Source of the DNA: Bigelowiella natans CCMP2755
Taxonomy: Eukaryota > Protista > Cercozoa
Assembly (NCBI GenBank): GCA_000320545.1
Contig: ADNK01002664.1
Span: 62,001-126,000, forward strand
Direction: 5' to 3'
Length of the DNA: 64,000 nt
Part shown: positions 40,792-53,759 of the stretch, piece by piece
How positions within the stretch are numbered: the first letter of the stretch is position 1
Layout of the letters: the number at the start of each line of letters is the position of its first letter
Program-made: the position numbers and the translations under genes
Notes under the pieces: generated by a model
The model's database searches: none
Seen by the model: the letters and a program-made list of their open reading frames with translations, nothing else
What the model was told of the DNA's origin: nothing

Positions 40792-43700
40792 AGAGAGAGG
40801 GGGGGCGGGGGAGAGAGGCAGAGATGTATGCAACATAGATAGACACAAAGAAGCATTAGATATTCTCCAGGGTGAGAACAACTGTAGGATACATAGTTAG
40901 AAGTACTGCGTGGGAGGGCGGAGGTTTCGACCAATTGCACACATCCAGGCCAAAGCGTAACTCAAATAATCTTGATGATACTGGAGGAGAAGACAATGAT
41001 GAGGATGATTGTGGCTATGATGAAGAGGGTAGTGGTGAAGTAGTTAATAACCCACGTTCTCTTCTCTGCTCTCCTGATTTTTTTCCTCCTTCTTCTCCAT
41101 TTCCTGATAATTCCCCCGCCGCTTTTTCACCGAAAAGATTGCTATTTCTTGGGGGGCCAAACTTAAGCATCGATTTACGGAAAACAATTGTATTGGGAGG
41201 AAGATCAGGGTGTTGAACGAGCATTCCTTTGAATCCACCCAGATAGCAGATGCATCGTATCTGGAAAGCACACGGCCAAGAACGAAGAAGAGGAAAAGAG
41301 GAAGAAGAAGAAGAAGAAGAAAAGGAGGGGAGAGCTAGGAGAAAGGGAGATCAATAAGGAGGAGGAGGAGATGGAGATTCGTTATCGTAGGATTCATTTT
41401 ATTTGTTAGGTTAGTATCCTAGATGATGTATGTCCTCCTCCTCCTCCTCCTCCTCCTCCTCCTCCCCCTTCTCTCTCTAAACTCTTCCATCTTTCAACAT
41501 CCATTTGCATGGAAAATCAATGAATCAATCAACCAATCAATCAATCATCATCTCTTCCTACAGTCCTTCTTAACACAATTAATGGATATTATTGTATTTT
41601 CTTCACCTTCTTCATATTCTTCTCGCAGTTGCTGCTGTTGTTGCTACTGCTGCTGCTGATGTTGCCGTATCTGCAGCGCCATTTTTCCAGCAAGATCAGT
41701 TGAAATAAGGCCGCACCCATCAGTCATCAAATTCCTCGTATTAGTATTCGTAGTAGTCGTCATAGAAACCCTGCTACTCTTCCTACCTTTACTATTACTA
41801 TCATCTAGTTTGATATCATTCAGGTTATCTCCGCTCTCTTGCTCATTCTCCTCTTTTTTTCCTACAATAAGATCTTCCACAACAAATACATCTGGATGCT
41901 CTTCTATCTCGCCATAGTTACTACGATTATCATTCTCCTCATCCTCATCATCATTTCCTTTTGTCGTTTCTGCGCTGTATTTTCTGCCATTAATCCCGGC
42001 CGTCGTCGTCATCGAGCCGTTCTTTGCACCATCTCGTCTCGTGTTTCTACTGCTGCTGTCCCCCCCCCCCCACTTATTAATTTCCATCGTACGAATGGTT
42101 TTGCTGAGACAGGATAAGGCTAGACGACTAGCAAGCTTATACCTATTGAATAATAATAGGTATTAATAATATTATGATGATGATGGTGATGATGATACAT
42201 GTTTAGCAACACACTACTAACGGCAAATAGTAGAAATTTTTAGTACGGTGAGTGTGGTAACATATTAGGAATATAATAGGTGTGTGTGTGTGTGTATTTT
42301 AATCACTACGTGATACTTATAGTAGTAGTAGTAGTAGTAGTAGTAGTTCATGCTTGTGGTGGTAATGGTAGCACCAAATCATAACCCTAGTTGTATCAAC
42401 CGAATAATATATACCTTTTTAACGCTACTCTTCCTTCACTCCTCCTCCTCCTTCCCACCTCTCTCTCTATATTTCTCTCTTTCTCTCCCTCTCCGTATAA
42501 TTATTATTATTATTATTTTATTAATATTATTTGATCTCTTCTACTTCGTTGATCGATGATGTCATGTCATACGGGTTAGTAAGAAGATTCTTCGGTTTAC
42601 TGAAACATCCCATCCATCGATAAAGTTCATCTTTGCTAATAGTGCGTATTCCTGGGCCAGATAATGCAAACCACACATCCGTGCTCTCCTATTTACAATT
42701 GGAACAAAGCTAATAATAAACACACTCATTAATAAGGCATGGAGACGGAAGAGGAAGCTCTAGCTGCTCTGACGTATTATTCTTATTTCATTTATCATAC
42801 TTATATTTCTTTGGATATAGTACTACTTCTCATAGAACATCACTATTATTATCATAACATCGTAGTTTGCAGCTGAAAAGCACCCATCCAAGTATCATTA
42901 CTACTACTACTACTACTACTACTACCTTATACAGTAATGATTCGAATCTGCACCCTCCAATTTGAATCCATCCGTTACGTAGAGCCGTGAAAGCCTCTCT
43001 TTTCTTGGATAAATGGTCCATACCGCCCAAATCGTAGGATATCCGCAAAATTCGAGAGCTACCGAAAGCACGCATTAATCTATTTTCTCCATCCAAAGTT
43101 TGAACCGGTTCTAGTGAGAGCAATTCATTATTCTCATCATCATCATCATCATCATCATCATAAAGAGGAAGATCACGCTGATGAGTGTAATGATAAATGG
43201 TTTTGTTGCTGGAACTGCTATAATTTTTCCTCCTCCCTCTCCTCCTGTCACTCCTCTTATGATTAAAGCATTCCAAAGCTCTTGCCCGGTACTCTGCATA
43301 CTAACACGGTGGACAACAGCAGCAAGTGGACAATACAAATAATTCATCCTGATTAAGCAAGTGAACAATACAAATAACTTATCCTGATTAGCATTGATGT
43401 AGTATAAGTTTAAGCTGCGGTAGTAATGTTGGTTATCTTTTATCATTGAAAAGTTAGTCCTTAGCAGCAGCAGCAGCATACATTCGAGGGATCTTGAAGC
43501 TTCTTCGCTTTCCTTTCATCTATATCTTCAAGAGCATCAACAAAAGAAGATATTTCTCCTCCTCCTCCCCTGTGTTGACATAACAACGAAAACCTATAGA
43601 AAAATGGCAAGCTAAGGAACTTTTTTTTTAGTTGTTGCCTCAATAGCACTTGATCATCGTCGTCGTCATGATCATCGTCATATTTCTTTTTTGCATAATT

Positions 43701-44734
43701 TTCGTCTTCTTCCTGCTCATCATCTCCTCCCTCTCCTTTTATGCAAGTTGTTCACAAAAGCCATTGCTCGCATTTATGTGTCCAGTGTGTGATATAAGAG
43801 GAGCTATTTTTTCTCATTCCAACTGCAGAATTGTCGCAATTATCATCAGTATCAGTAGTAGTAGTAGTAGTAGCAGTAGTAGTAGCAGTAATAGAAGTAG
43901 AAGGATCAATCGAATGTCGCTCATTTCCTTCTCCAATTCTTCGTGTATTGTGGCGTCTTCTGGTTGTCGTCGTCATTGTCGTCTCATTTTTAAAAATGTC
44001 GTCACTGAGATTATGTGTTCTACAATTTTTTGGTTTGACAGGGTAAGAATAGTATTCTTTTTTAGATGATGATGATAATAATGAAGACGACGCATATCTG
44101 CTGCCCCCCTTCCCCCTTCTCCTCCTAAGCATTCTTTCTCTACTGTATATTCGTCGTTTAGCTAATTGATAGGAGAAATCACAAGAAGAGCTGTACAACA
44201 AACGGTCGTTGTCTCTTCCTCCTCCTCCTCCTCCTCCTCCTCCTTCTGCTCGTGTTCCTCTTCTCTCCGGTGATGACGACGGTTTATGAAGAGATGATGA
44301 TATATTTATCGTTTCCTCTTCATTTAGCTGCTTTAACCCCACGCTTCGTCTATATTGTCCCCCCCGTTTCTTCTCATGCAGGTTCTGTTGTGAAGGGGAG
44401 GAATAGAGACCACCAGTCCCGATATTATCATATACATTAAAGAGAATATTATGAGCAAATTCATTTTATGTTGACGTATATCTGGATGACAATGACGATC
44501 ACAATGACAAAGTGATGATGATGGTGGTGATGGGGATAGGTTGAATGATGGCTGTGGTACTATAATGAAATACCTCATTATCATCATATTCTTTGCTGTA
44601 TATGATGTTAACTGCTGGTTTCTTTCCCCCCTCCTTCCTGTCAATTCTACTATCTGGATTTCGTCTTCGATGCTCATCATTATCAGCAGTGGCATCGTCA
44701 TCGTCAAGGAGATATTCAACGCTACCCTCGAAAG

Positions 44735-44778
<44 letters not shown>

Positions 44779-44896
44779 ATTGGAAGACGATGAAAGCAAC
44801 TGTAACTACGATGCAAACTCAGAAAGACAGCTTCCTATGTTCATCTTTAAATTCATCTTTTACCTGTATGTTCTAATATTCCTTCCTTACATCCAT
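35407..44896 (-). CDS. RDR: Eukaryotic RNAi RNA-dependent RNA polymerase (QDE-1/RDR-like), multi-exon, with low-complexity insertions
   Basis: Exons give ENRLMRAFGSSRILRISY...IQIGGCRFESLLYK, SKLASRLAL, LMTDGCGLISTDLA, FQIRCICYLGGFKGML...IVFRKSMLKF, LNCQVILML, LYAVPDPLGILEEGEV, KVLVTRSPCVRPENI, DNVAIFS|TRGCRAPLDVMS|GGDYDGDMVFCIWN (catalytic DxDGD at ~38345-38365) and EQALDAEKTG. The C-terminal exon ends at 35407. Start is tentative (MD|EAVFLSL, ATG 44896). Confidence 0.93.
38700..38792. repeat. 40-nt direct repeat pair duplicating an RdRP 3' splice acceptor
   Basis: cgtctagatattgat[c/t]atcatgtg[t/c]aatatt[c/t]atcataat at 38700-38739 and 38753-38792. Confidence 0.92.
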
Positions 44897-45282
44897 TGCT
44901 TGTTATGTGGTATTTTTCTTGTTCCCGGTTCGCCATAGTTGTCTCTCCTGTTCTTTCCTGCCGCTGCTCCTCCTCCTCCTCTTCCTCTACCCTCATCCAA
45001 CAACAGGTGCTCGAATGATGGATGATAGGAGAATAAACAACAAAACGTAGGTCGTTCCTCCTCTGCGTCAAGCAATATGCATGCTGTCAAAACATTTCTA
45101 CTAAATAGCATGTCGCATGATAAAAGTCCCATGCATATTTTCTATTTTTATAGCTCCGAATTAAAAAAACGAGAAAATGAATAGATCTAATATCTAGATC
45201 CACCATTGAGCATGCTGGGACCTTCAAAGAGAACCGACACGGGGAGGAGGGTGAGGACGAGGAGGCCTCGACGAATTAATTG

Positions 45283-48200
45283 ATGACTGGCTCTCAGATA
45301 GCATCTACGCCCGCTCCCGAGTCTCCGTCAAATGGTCGTGTGGTTACTGAGGTGCTTCAGGTTAATGAAGGCGGCTACATCGTCCAAGCTAAAGTCATCT
45401 ACAAAGGTACTGGGATTTCTGGTTACATGAGAGAAATAGAGACTTCGGAAAATATATCATGTGAGTAAATAAACCAGGTATATATTATCGTGTATCTCTG
45501 TCCAAATGGCTAAAATAGAGAGATATCTTTGTAGACAAACATAAAGTAGTATGAAGTAGAAACCCGAACTCATTACAAAGATGAAATAATTGGATGTGGC
45601 CGTGGACAAGCTAAATCAATTTTGAAGGCCGAGCTAGAGGTTAGTACAATTATTCGATTTTATGTACCGAAGTGAGGCTTATCAGAATTAACAGCAGTGC
45701 CAAAGTTCCCATCCAATCAACCGAATATAATTAATAGGCTTTGGAAGTGGCCACAAAGTCTTCTCTCCCCCCCCACGCTGTCGATGATACTTCCAAATCT
45801 CTTTCAAAAACTATGATGAAGTCGAGGGTGGATAAAATGCACATCAATGACAAAAATAGCACATCTTCCAACAAAAATAATTGGATTGATAGCATCGAAG
45901 ACGAAATATCAAATGCACATGTTGACCTGGAGAATCAAAAACAGAAACAAGAAAATAAAGGGAATGACTTAGTTATGGTAGCACGGCAGCGACTTGCAGA
46001 ATATCTACGGAAAAGAGACCAGCACCAATGGCAGGAAAAAAGTGCAGCATACAACCTAATTCGAATTCTTATCGATAATGTTTTGAATGTGCTTTTGTGC
46101 GTGTGAGTGGAAGTCAGTACGCACGTACGTACGTCTTTACTTTTACCTCTATGAAATAATATTTCTTGCAAATTCGTCGAATCGCTTCACCGCGTAGACC
46201 TCTAGGTGACTAGGTGTATGTTGCATGTGTTTGTGCATCGTTTGTCTTCTAAACTTAAGTTGCTGTACATTATTTCCATGTTACTGATCATGATCTTTAC
46301 AATATTTACATTCTTTGTAGAACGGAAAGAAAGAGAAGATAATCATGATTCTCAAGGGAATGATGCGGGAACTTTGGTCTCATCAGATAACAATGGCGAG
46401 GGGAAGCTAAAGGACAATAATATGACCAGAGGATATTCTATAAATATTGAAGAAGATGAGAGACATTGTGACAAAACCAATGACAGTTTTCGTGAACATT
46501 CTATGTCAGCAGTAACGACGAAATCCGAAGAAGTAAATAGTAGTGCAGCAGCAACAGCAGTAGCAGCAGCAGGAGGAATCAACAGCCAGCAGCAATCCGC
46601 ACTACAACTACCAGCAACACCACAACCGATGAAACACAGGGCGATGAAGGACACGATATCAGCATCGCGGCCTCTTACTGCCCCTTTGAGAAGAAGAAGA
46701 GAAAAAGCTACTACTAAGATAAATGATCTGATAGTTCCAAATGCTGAAACAAGCTACGAAAACGAACATACCCCTACTACTGCTGCTGCTGCTGCTCCTG
46801 CTGTTTCTCATGATCCTAAAAATCAAGATCATCGTAATCATGGAAGTCATCATCATCATCATCATCATCATCTTCGCACACATGCTGACGACTACAAACA
46901 ATTGCACAACTACCAAAAGAGGGGGGATGTCCACGATAACAATGACACGCACAACTACCAAAAGAGGGGGGATGTCCACGATAACGATGACACTAAATTG
47001 AAGGAGGAAGAAGAAGATAACATCGACTACATGCAGCAAGTAATGGCTATCTTTGCTCGGCCCTCTTCTTCCTCCCCAAACCCAGCTGCCCTTTCGAAAT
47101 CTCCACAACAATTACAAAGACAGTATCGTCGTCGTTATCAACCCAAACCCCATCCTTCTGGCTCACATCCTCACCATCCAAATCCTTCTCATCATACAAC
47201 AAACCCGCCGTCATCACCATCTCCCCTTACCGAAGCAGCAGAAAACGGTGTAATAAGTAATGGAGAAAGTAACAACAGTGGTAAAGAAAGAATTCAAACA
47301 AGTATTCACAGCTTCGCTGATCGTCGTTCTCCGATGGGTAGTATGTTGTAATTACTTCATTTTTTGTCAAAATCCTGTTTTTGTACTTACAATTAGTACT
47401 TTTGTGCAATAAAATTATTTCAATCGGTCATGTTAAAGATAGATGCTATGAAGGCGCATGTATTGCAGTATACTCACATAGATTGTTGTTGCTGCTAGTC
47501 CATCAACTCTACTATCATATTAGGTATCATATTATTATCTTATATCATTAATACTTATTGTTTGGTACATAATTAACACAGGCATGGTGAAAAAAGATAA
47601 GTATTATACTCAAAACTACGACGATGAGAACCTTGTTGGAGCTGTTGCTACTACTACTACTACTACTGCTACTGATGGTGATCGTGCACTAGTCGAAAGT
47701 AGTACAAGTTGTTTTAGTGCCGATGAGCATCATCATCAATACCGCAATCCTGTGCCACTAATACCCGCAGCAGTATGGGATGGTAGGATGACAGCTCGAG
47801 GAGGACAGCGTGTAGCAGCAAGAAACGACAATATCACTGAAGAATGCTTTCATAATTTCCAGCAGCACAACACAGAAAGGAAAGAGGAGGGCCATACAGA
47901 AGCAGCTATATCTAACAATGATAAAACGAATGTTGATTTTAAGAATGCAGTAGTCACTAGAAATGTTACTTCTACTGTAAGAAACAATGATATAGGCTTC
48001 ACACTGCCAATATATTCTCCTCCTGCGTATGTTCCTCCAAGGAATCAATCAACGAAGCAAAAAAGAGGAGGAGGAGGAGGAGGAGGAGGAGGAGGAGGAG
48101 GAGGGATTACTCCTACAAATGCTGCATTGGTTTCATTAACACCAAATCCATATCTTTCACTTCTGCGTGGTCATTACAGCAGCAACGATGCAGATGAAGA

Positions 48201-49225
48201 AGAATTATTTGATGATAATAATGGTGATAAAGTAGCAGTATCATCATCATCGTCATCATCATTATCATCATCATCATCACGTAAGAGGGAACAACGACAA
48301 CGACGACGACCTAAGAATGGCCTCAATACTCTTGGCGTTGAAGTAGCAGCCTTACACCATGAGCAGCAGCTTGATACAGACAGAAGGAGGGTATGTTGTT
48401 AACAAGTAGTACTGACGTCTACTCACATTCACTATTTCTTCTTCTTGTGTTATTATAAAGTGCGCTGCTCAGTCTATGTAGTAGGATCATCATCATCATC
48501 ATCATCACCATCATCATCCTTATCCACAATCTCATCGAAAGCACCTGTTGGTGAAAAACAACATGATTCCTTCATTATTTTATGTTGTTCTGCTACTTAG
48601 GAAAACGAGCGAGAAAACAGAGTCGCAATCCAACAGGTGGTGTTTCTTCTTTTTCTTCATCCTTATATTTTGCTTGTCTGCCCCACCTTTTAAAATCTCA
48701 CGCTCTCCGAAGATATGATAGGTTTGTCGTTGTGTCTTTTTTTGTTTCTTACAACTGGTGATTCTATTCATTATTATACAATTATTTGAATAATGCTAGT
48801 TGTTTTCCTAATCATTCCATTGTTCAAACTACTACTGCTACTGCTACTACTACTACTACTCACAATGCACTGCATCATGTACTCGTATCCCAGAAGTACG
48901 CACTGGAAAAGTTGAGGCTGTTAGAGGAGCTCCATTCTTTGAGAAATATACTAGAGAAAGAAAGGGCAGAAAACGCTCAGTCGATGGGCAGATTACGAGT
49001 AGAAATGGAGAAAGCACACAAAATAGAGTTGACTAGGCTAATCTCTGACCATAAGCGAGAGAAAAAGGAAATATTGGAAAGACTACAGGAAGGAATGAGC
49101 GGCTATAACGATGAGGTTAAGAGAAAGGAAACTCAAAATGAGAGGAAGCTCTTCCAAATCGAAGCAATGTATTACAGGTCATAATGATAGATACCAATTT
49201 TTCCATCCTTAAACTAAAAACAAGA

Positions 49226-49263
<38 letters not shown>

Positions 49264-49688
49264 CTATTACACGCGCACACACACATGCACACTCTACATA
49301 TTTTATTTATCAATCAAAATCAAAAATCAGTCATCAACACCCATGTCATCATCATCATCATCAATAGGGAGAAGAATGCATTATCGAAGAAAATGGAAGA
49401 ATTAAAAGCTTCTCACAAACATAGTATGGAGAGGCTAGCTTCAAAGCACACGTAATTAATTAATAATTACAGAAGTAACAACTATAATAAGTCGTAACAT
49501 AGTTGTATTAAGTAGTATTTCAGGTAGCAGGATCATAATGAAGAAGACGCTTGCAGCAGTTTATTGATGCTAGAATTTTATTGCTGTTTATGTATTTTTC
49601 TTTCTTCTACTTTCCTACTGCTGCTGCTGCTTCTCAATCAAAGTTGGAGGAACTTAAAATCAAATCTTCATTCCTTACTCCTCTTTTC

Positions 49689-49738
<50 letters not shown>

Positions 49739-52064
49739 GTAGAATGTCTTTAGCTCGGCAGCGGCGTGAGTTGACAGCAGCCGCAACGAAGAGTATGGTA
49801 CAGATGAGGGCAGCATTACTCAAACACAACCAACGAAATAGAGACGATTTGCTCCATAATCAAGAAGATGCCTTGAAAGCAGCACAAAAATCGGAAAAAC
49901 TAGCAAGACAACACTATCAAGCTATAGCTAAGGAGGTAGTAGCGGGGACCAATAAACTTCGTAGTAGTGTAGTAGAACACCATGTCTACCATTAGGAATT
50001 AAGAGTGATGATTATCATTAATTATTATCACTTATTATGCGACTACTAACTTCTATTTCCTACGTATAATGAAAAAAGGCCGAGGCTAGATCTGTTAAAG
50101 CTGAGGATGCGCTGAAAGAGCGATGTTTAGAGGTGAAAAGAAAGAATGAGCTGATAGAGAGGCTTCGCCAAGATATATTGGCTTTAAAGGAAGGCAAAGA
50201 TAGGGTAGATGAGTTGTTACTGCATTCGATGAACTATTCTTCATCATCAAGACCATCACCATCAACGCTCTCTAAGAAGGAAGAGGAGGACACGGCGGCA
50301 CATTGTATCTCTCCATTTACTGATATCTATCAATATGATGCTGCTGCTGCTGCTGCTTTCGGAAACAACCATGTTACTACTACGAGTAGTAGTCCTACTA
50401 CTACACATATGAATAGACACCGTAGTACGTTTCAAAAGCAATCAGGAGAAACAAGAAGAAACAGGAGGAGGCCAAAATCTGGAACAAATGCTACTGGTCA
50501 GTCAATGAATGAAAAAACAAAATAGTAGTGCCAAAGTACTGCTGCTGAAATTCCAAAAAAAAGAAATGCGATTTATATAACAAGGAAAATAGATAATACT
50601 CACGTGTATATGGGATTGGGAGAGGGGGATGCACCACATATAGGCATATATTTACCCTTTTCCTTCATGTTACGAAGAGTGTTTATGTTTGCAGTTTTTG
50701 TCCTTATGGGAGATAATTGCGTTCACCCACTTAAGAACATAATTTGGATTATTTTAACAGGTGAAGCAACAGCGGAATTACGAGCATCATCCTCATCAGT
50801 CCTGAGCTCTCCATTAGTGCAACCATCCCAACATTCCCAAACATACTTAACAGCAGCAGCAGCAGTAGTGCCGACATCGCCCATAAACAACAATAAGAGA
50901 TCAAACGTGGCAGCGACCCATTCAAATTTCCAACAGCAAGCGGAGTTTCAGCAGCAGCAACAACAACAACAGAATAATAATCGCAACAACAACAACAACA
51001 ACAACCTATCTATGCTAATTAACAGTTCCACTAGTAGTCCCATATTTTTCAGTCCTGGTGACGATGCCCCTCCCCCATTGGCCACCACCACCATTGATTT
51101 CGAATCATCTTATTATTCTCAAGACAATCCATTTATCTACGCTCCCAAACTGCCCACTCCAAAAACAATAAATACACACCTCGAAGAAGAAGAAGAAAAA
51201 GAAGAAGCATTAGTCTCTGGGTCAATAAGGCGCGATGATGTTCGTGCAAATGATGCACGAAATAGGTTTAATGACGATGAAGATAGGAATGGCGAGGAGG
51301 CTGAAGAAGATGAAGACTGCCGTGTAGCAAGCAAAATGAGCAAGATTAGCCGATTTAGTAGTAAGGCTGTCATAGTCCCTCGTCATTCACCCTCATTTTT
51401 GAGTTACGATGATGAAAATAAGGAGGAGGAGGAGGAGGAGGAGGAGGAGGAGGAGGAAAAACATAGAGTAGTATCTGTGCTCGAAGGATGCTCGCAGCAG
51501 CAGCAGCAGCAACAGGAGGAACATCAGAGTCAAATTGAAACGAAAGAGGAGGAGGGGGGAAATGGTGAATTTAGTGGTAATAAGACCCTCTCCAAGATGA
51601 ATAACACTACTGTGGAACATCCTCTCTCCTCTCCTCTCTCTGTAGGCTCCTCTCCCTCGGAGAAAAGGATGAGGAGGAGGAGGGGGGTTGGTGTTAAGTA
51701 CATCTCTAAAACAGTAAAAACGACGATGAATACAGCGGAGATGGCAGCTGTGGCAAACACAGAAGATACTAACAGAGAACTGTTATTTACCCCCATTGTG
51801 CTAGCTTCTAAAGTTGCTGATTCTGATGCTAAGATTGGTACTACTACTACCCATGGTGTTGGTACTGCTACAACTACGACTACCACTACTTCTACAGCAA
51901 GGAGAAGGGAAGCAGTAACAGGAAGAAAGGGTGATGATGCTAACAATGCTGTCGCTCGTTACCCTGCTGCTACTACCACTAGTCGTCATTGTGTGCACCA
52001 GCAGCAGCATCGCCTCCGTCATCACTACAAGAACAACACAAGAAACAATGCAGGTAGTGGTTAA
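45283..52064 (+). CDS. Large uncharacterised multi-exon protein: short dsRBD-like N-terminal segment, central coiled coil, extensive low-complexity regions
   Basis: Long same-strand ORF pieces (45741-46106, 46206-47351, 47584-48402, 48786-49184, 49564-49995, 50133-50525, 50604-52064) are linked by GT-AG introns. Heptad-rich exons (LEKLRLLEELHSLRNILEKER, KRKNELIERLRQDILALKE). The 3' end is uncertain and this could be two genes. Confidence 0.6.
46904..46993 (+). repeat. 45-nt in-frame tandem duplication (HNYQKRGDVHDNxDT x2)
   Basis: gcacaactaccaaaagaggggggatgtccacgataac[a/g]atgacac twice, with one mismatch. Confidence 0.95.
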
Positions 52065-52831
52065 TTGCAATGCGGATCAAGAAAATGGCATTGGTTTGTA
52101 TCAAATTCCTTTCCCTGTCTGTATTTTCAACGATGTTTCTCTATACTCCAGACAACAACACTGCCATTGTTGTATGATATAATGCTAATGTATCAGAGCG
52201 GGACAATGCTACAAAGGAGACCACTCCAAAAGGCGAACTGCGGATGGAGGAAGAAGGAGGGACAGAAGAGAGAGGGCGGGGAGAGAAGGAGAGACAGAGT
52301 GGCCAGCAGCAGAGCCAGAACTGGAAAATGGACAAGACTCAGGAGAAAAAAAGTTATAAGAGGTAGTAATACTACTACTACTACTACTACTACTACAAAT
52401 GCCACTACCACCACCACCAGCAGCAGTAAATAAACAACCAAAATTGATTATTGCCTCGCTTCTTATCGGTGCTTTTATGATGCACTCAGTTCTTTTCTTC
52501 CTCTTCTTTATTTCGTGCAACATACATCTTATTATCGATTGATGATAATGCCTTGATAGTTAATTGATCAAAGCTTCTTCGATGTGTGCTGTCAAACAAT
52601 ATATTTTCAGTATAGAAGATCTAGAACCAGCAGCAGCCGACGACAACTTCTCCAATTCCTATCCAGATATCTCACCACCTCTAGTTGCTAAAAGTGTTGT
52701 CTCTGAAGGCGTTTTAGATAGAGGAGGAAGGGGAGGAGGAAGAGAAGACGGTATTTTAAATAAAGACCATGCAACAATGGTTTACTAAAAATGCCCTTTA
52801 ATCAAAGTCAATTTTTATTGAAAATGGACGC

Positions 52832-52920
<89 letters not shown>

Positions 52921-53759
52921 ATGCTACTGTAGGAGAACGGTCTAGGAATAGAAGGTCATCTTCATTGAAATCGTCATCATCTTTCTCAAGGATAAGAAAG
53001 GCGACTATATTTCCGGATTCTCTAACGTTTCCTATTGTGCTGAATAAGCTGACACGAGTACAAAAATCTTTTGATATAATCAACAACGCCAGAACTCGAT
53101 ACTTAGCTTTTAAGGTGATATTTTATTAACAGATATGTGGTGCTGTGTGACAATACAGCCATTGATATTCAGCATTACTACACCAGCCGACAATTATGAT
53201 AATGATTTAGGTCAAAACTAACGCATTAAATTCGCATCTTATTGATCCAAAAGTGGGTATTATATCGGCTGGCTCCAGCGTGAAAGTCAACGTTGTAGTG
53301 CAGGTATAGTTTATGATATCTGGTTCAGTTATGATAACTGTAATCACAGCACACATATACTGTACGTACACATCAACGAATGCCCGTATAAAGCAATATT
53401 GATAGTATAGTAGCAATATATTGTGTTTTCATTGTTATTTTAAGTTTCACCTTATATCATGTGTATTGTCGTTACTACCTCCAGGGATCATTCACAAATC
53501 CAGTCTGCAACCACATAGTCCTTATAAGACTTGTTCACGCAAAAGAGGCAGATGTCAGACAATATACAATCCCAGAATTATTTCGGCATAAAAGTGCCCA
53601 CGTTTCAGACAAGAAGATGAAGTGCTTTTGGTCTTTATCTCCCGCAGCAACACCGTCTACTGTTGCATCATCACCGTCACATGATGTAGACAAAGATGAC
53701 ATCAAGCACTAATGTGTTGCAGCCAACTGTGTAATGTGTTTTAACTTGCCACAGAGCAA

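Noticed and set aside
35407-44896. Viral or endogenous-virus RdRP interpretation
   Set aside because: Intron-rich gene with cellular double-psi-barrel RDR motifs (TDGCG, DxDGD), not a viral GDD palm polymerase.
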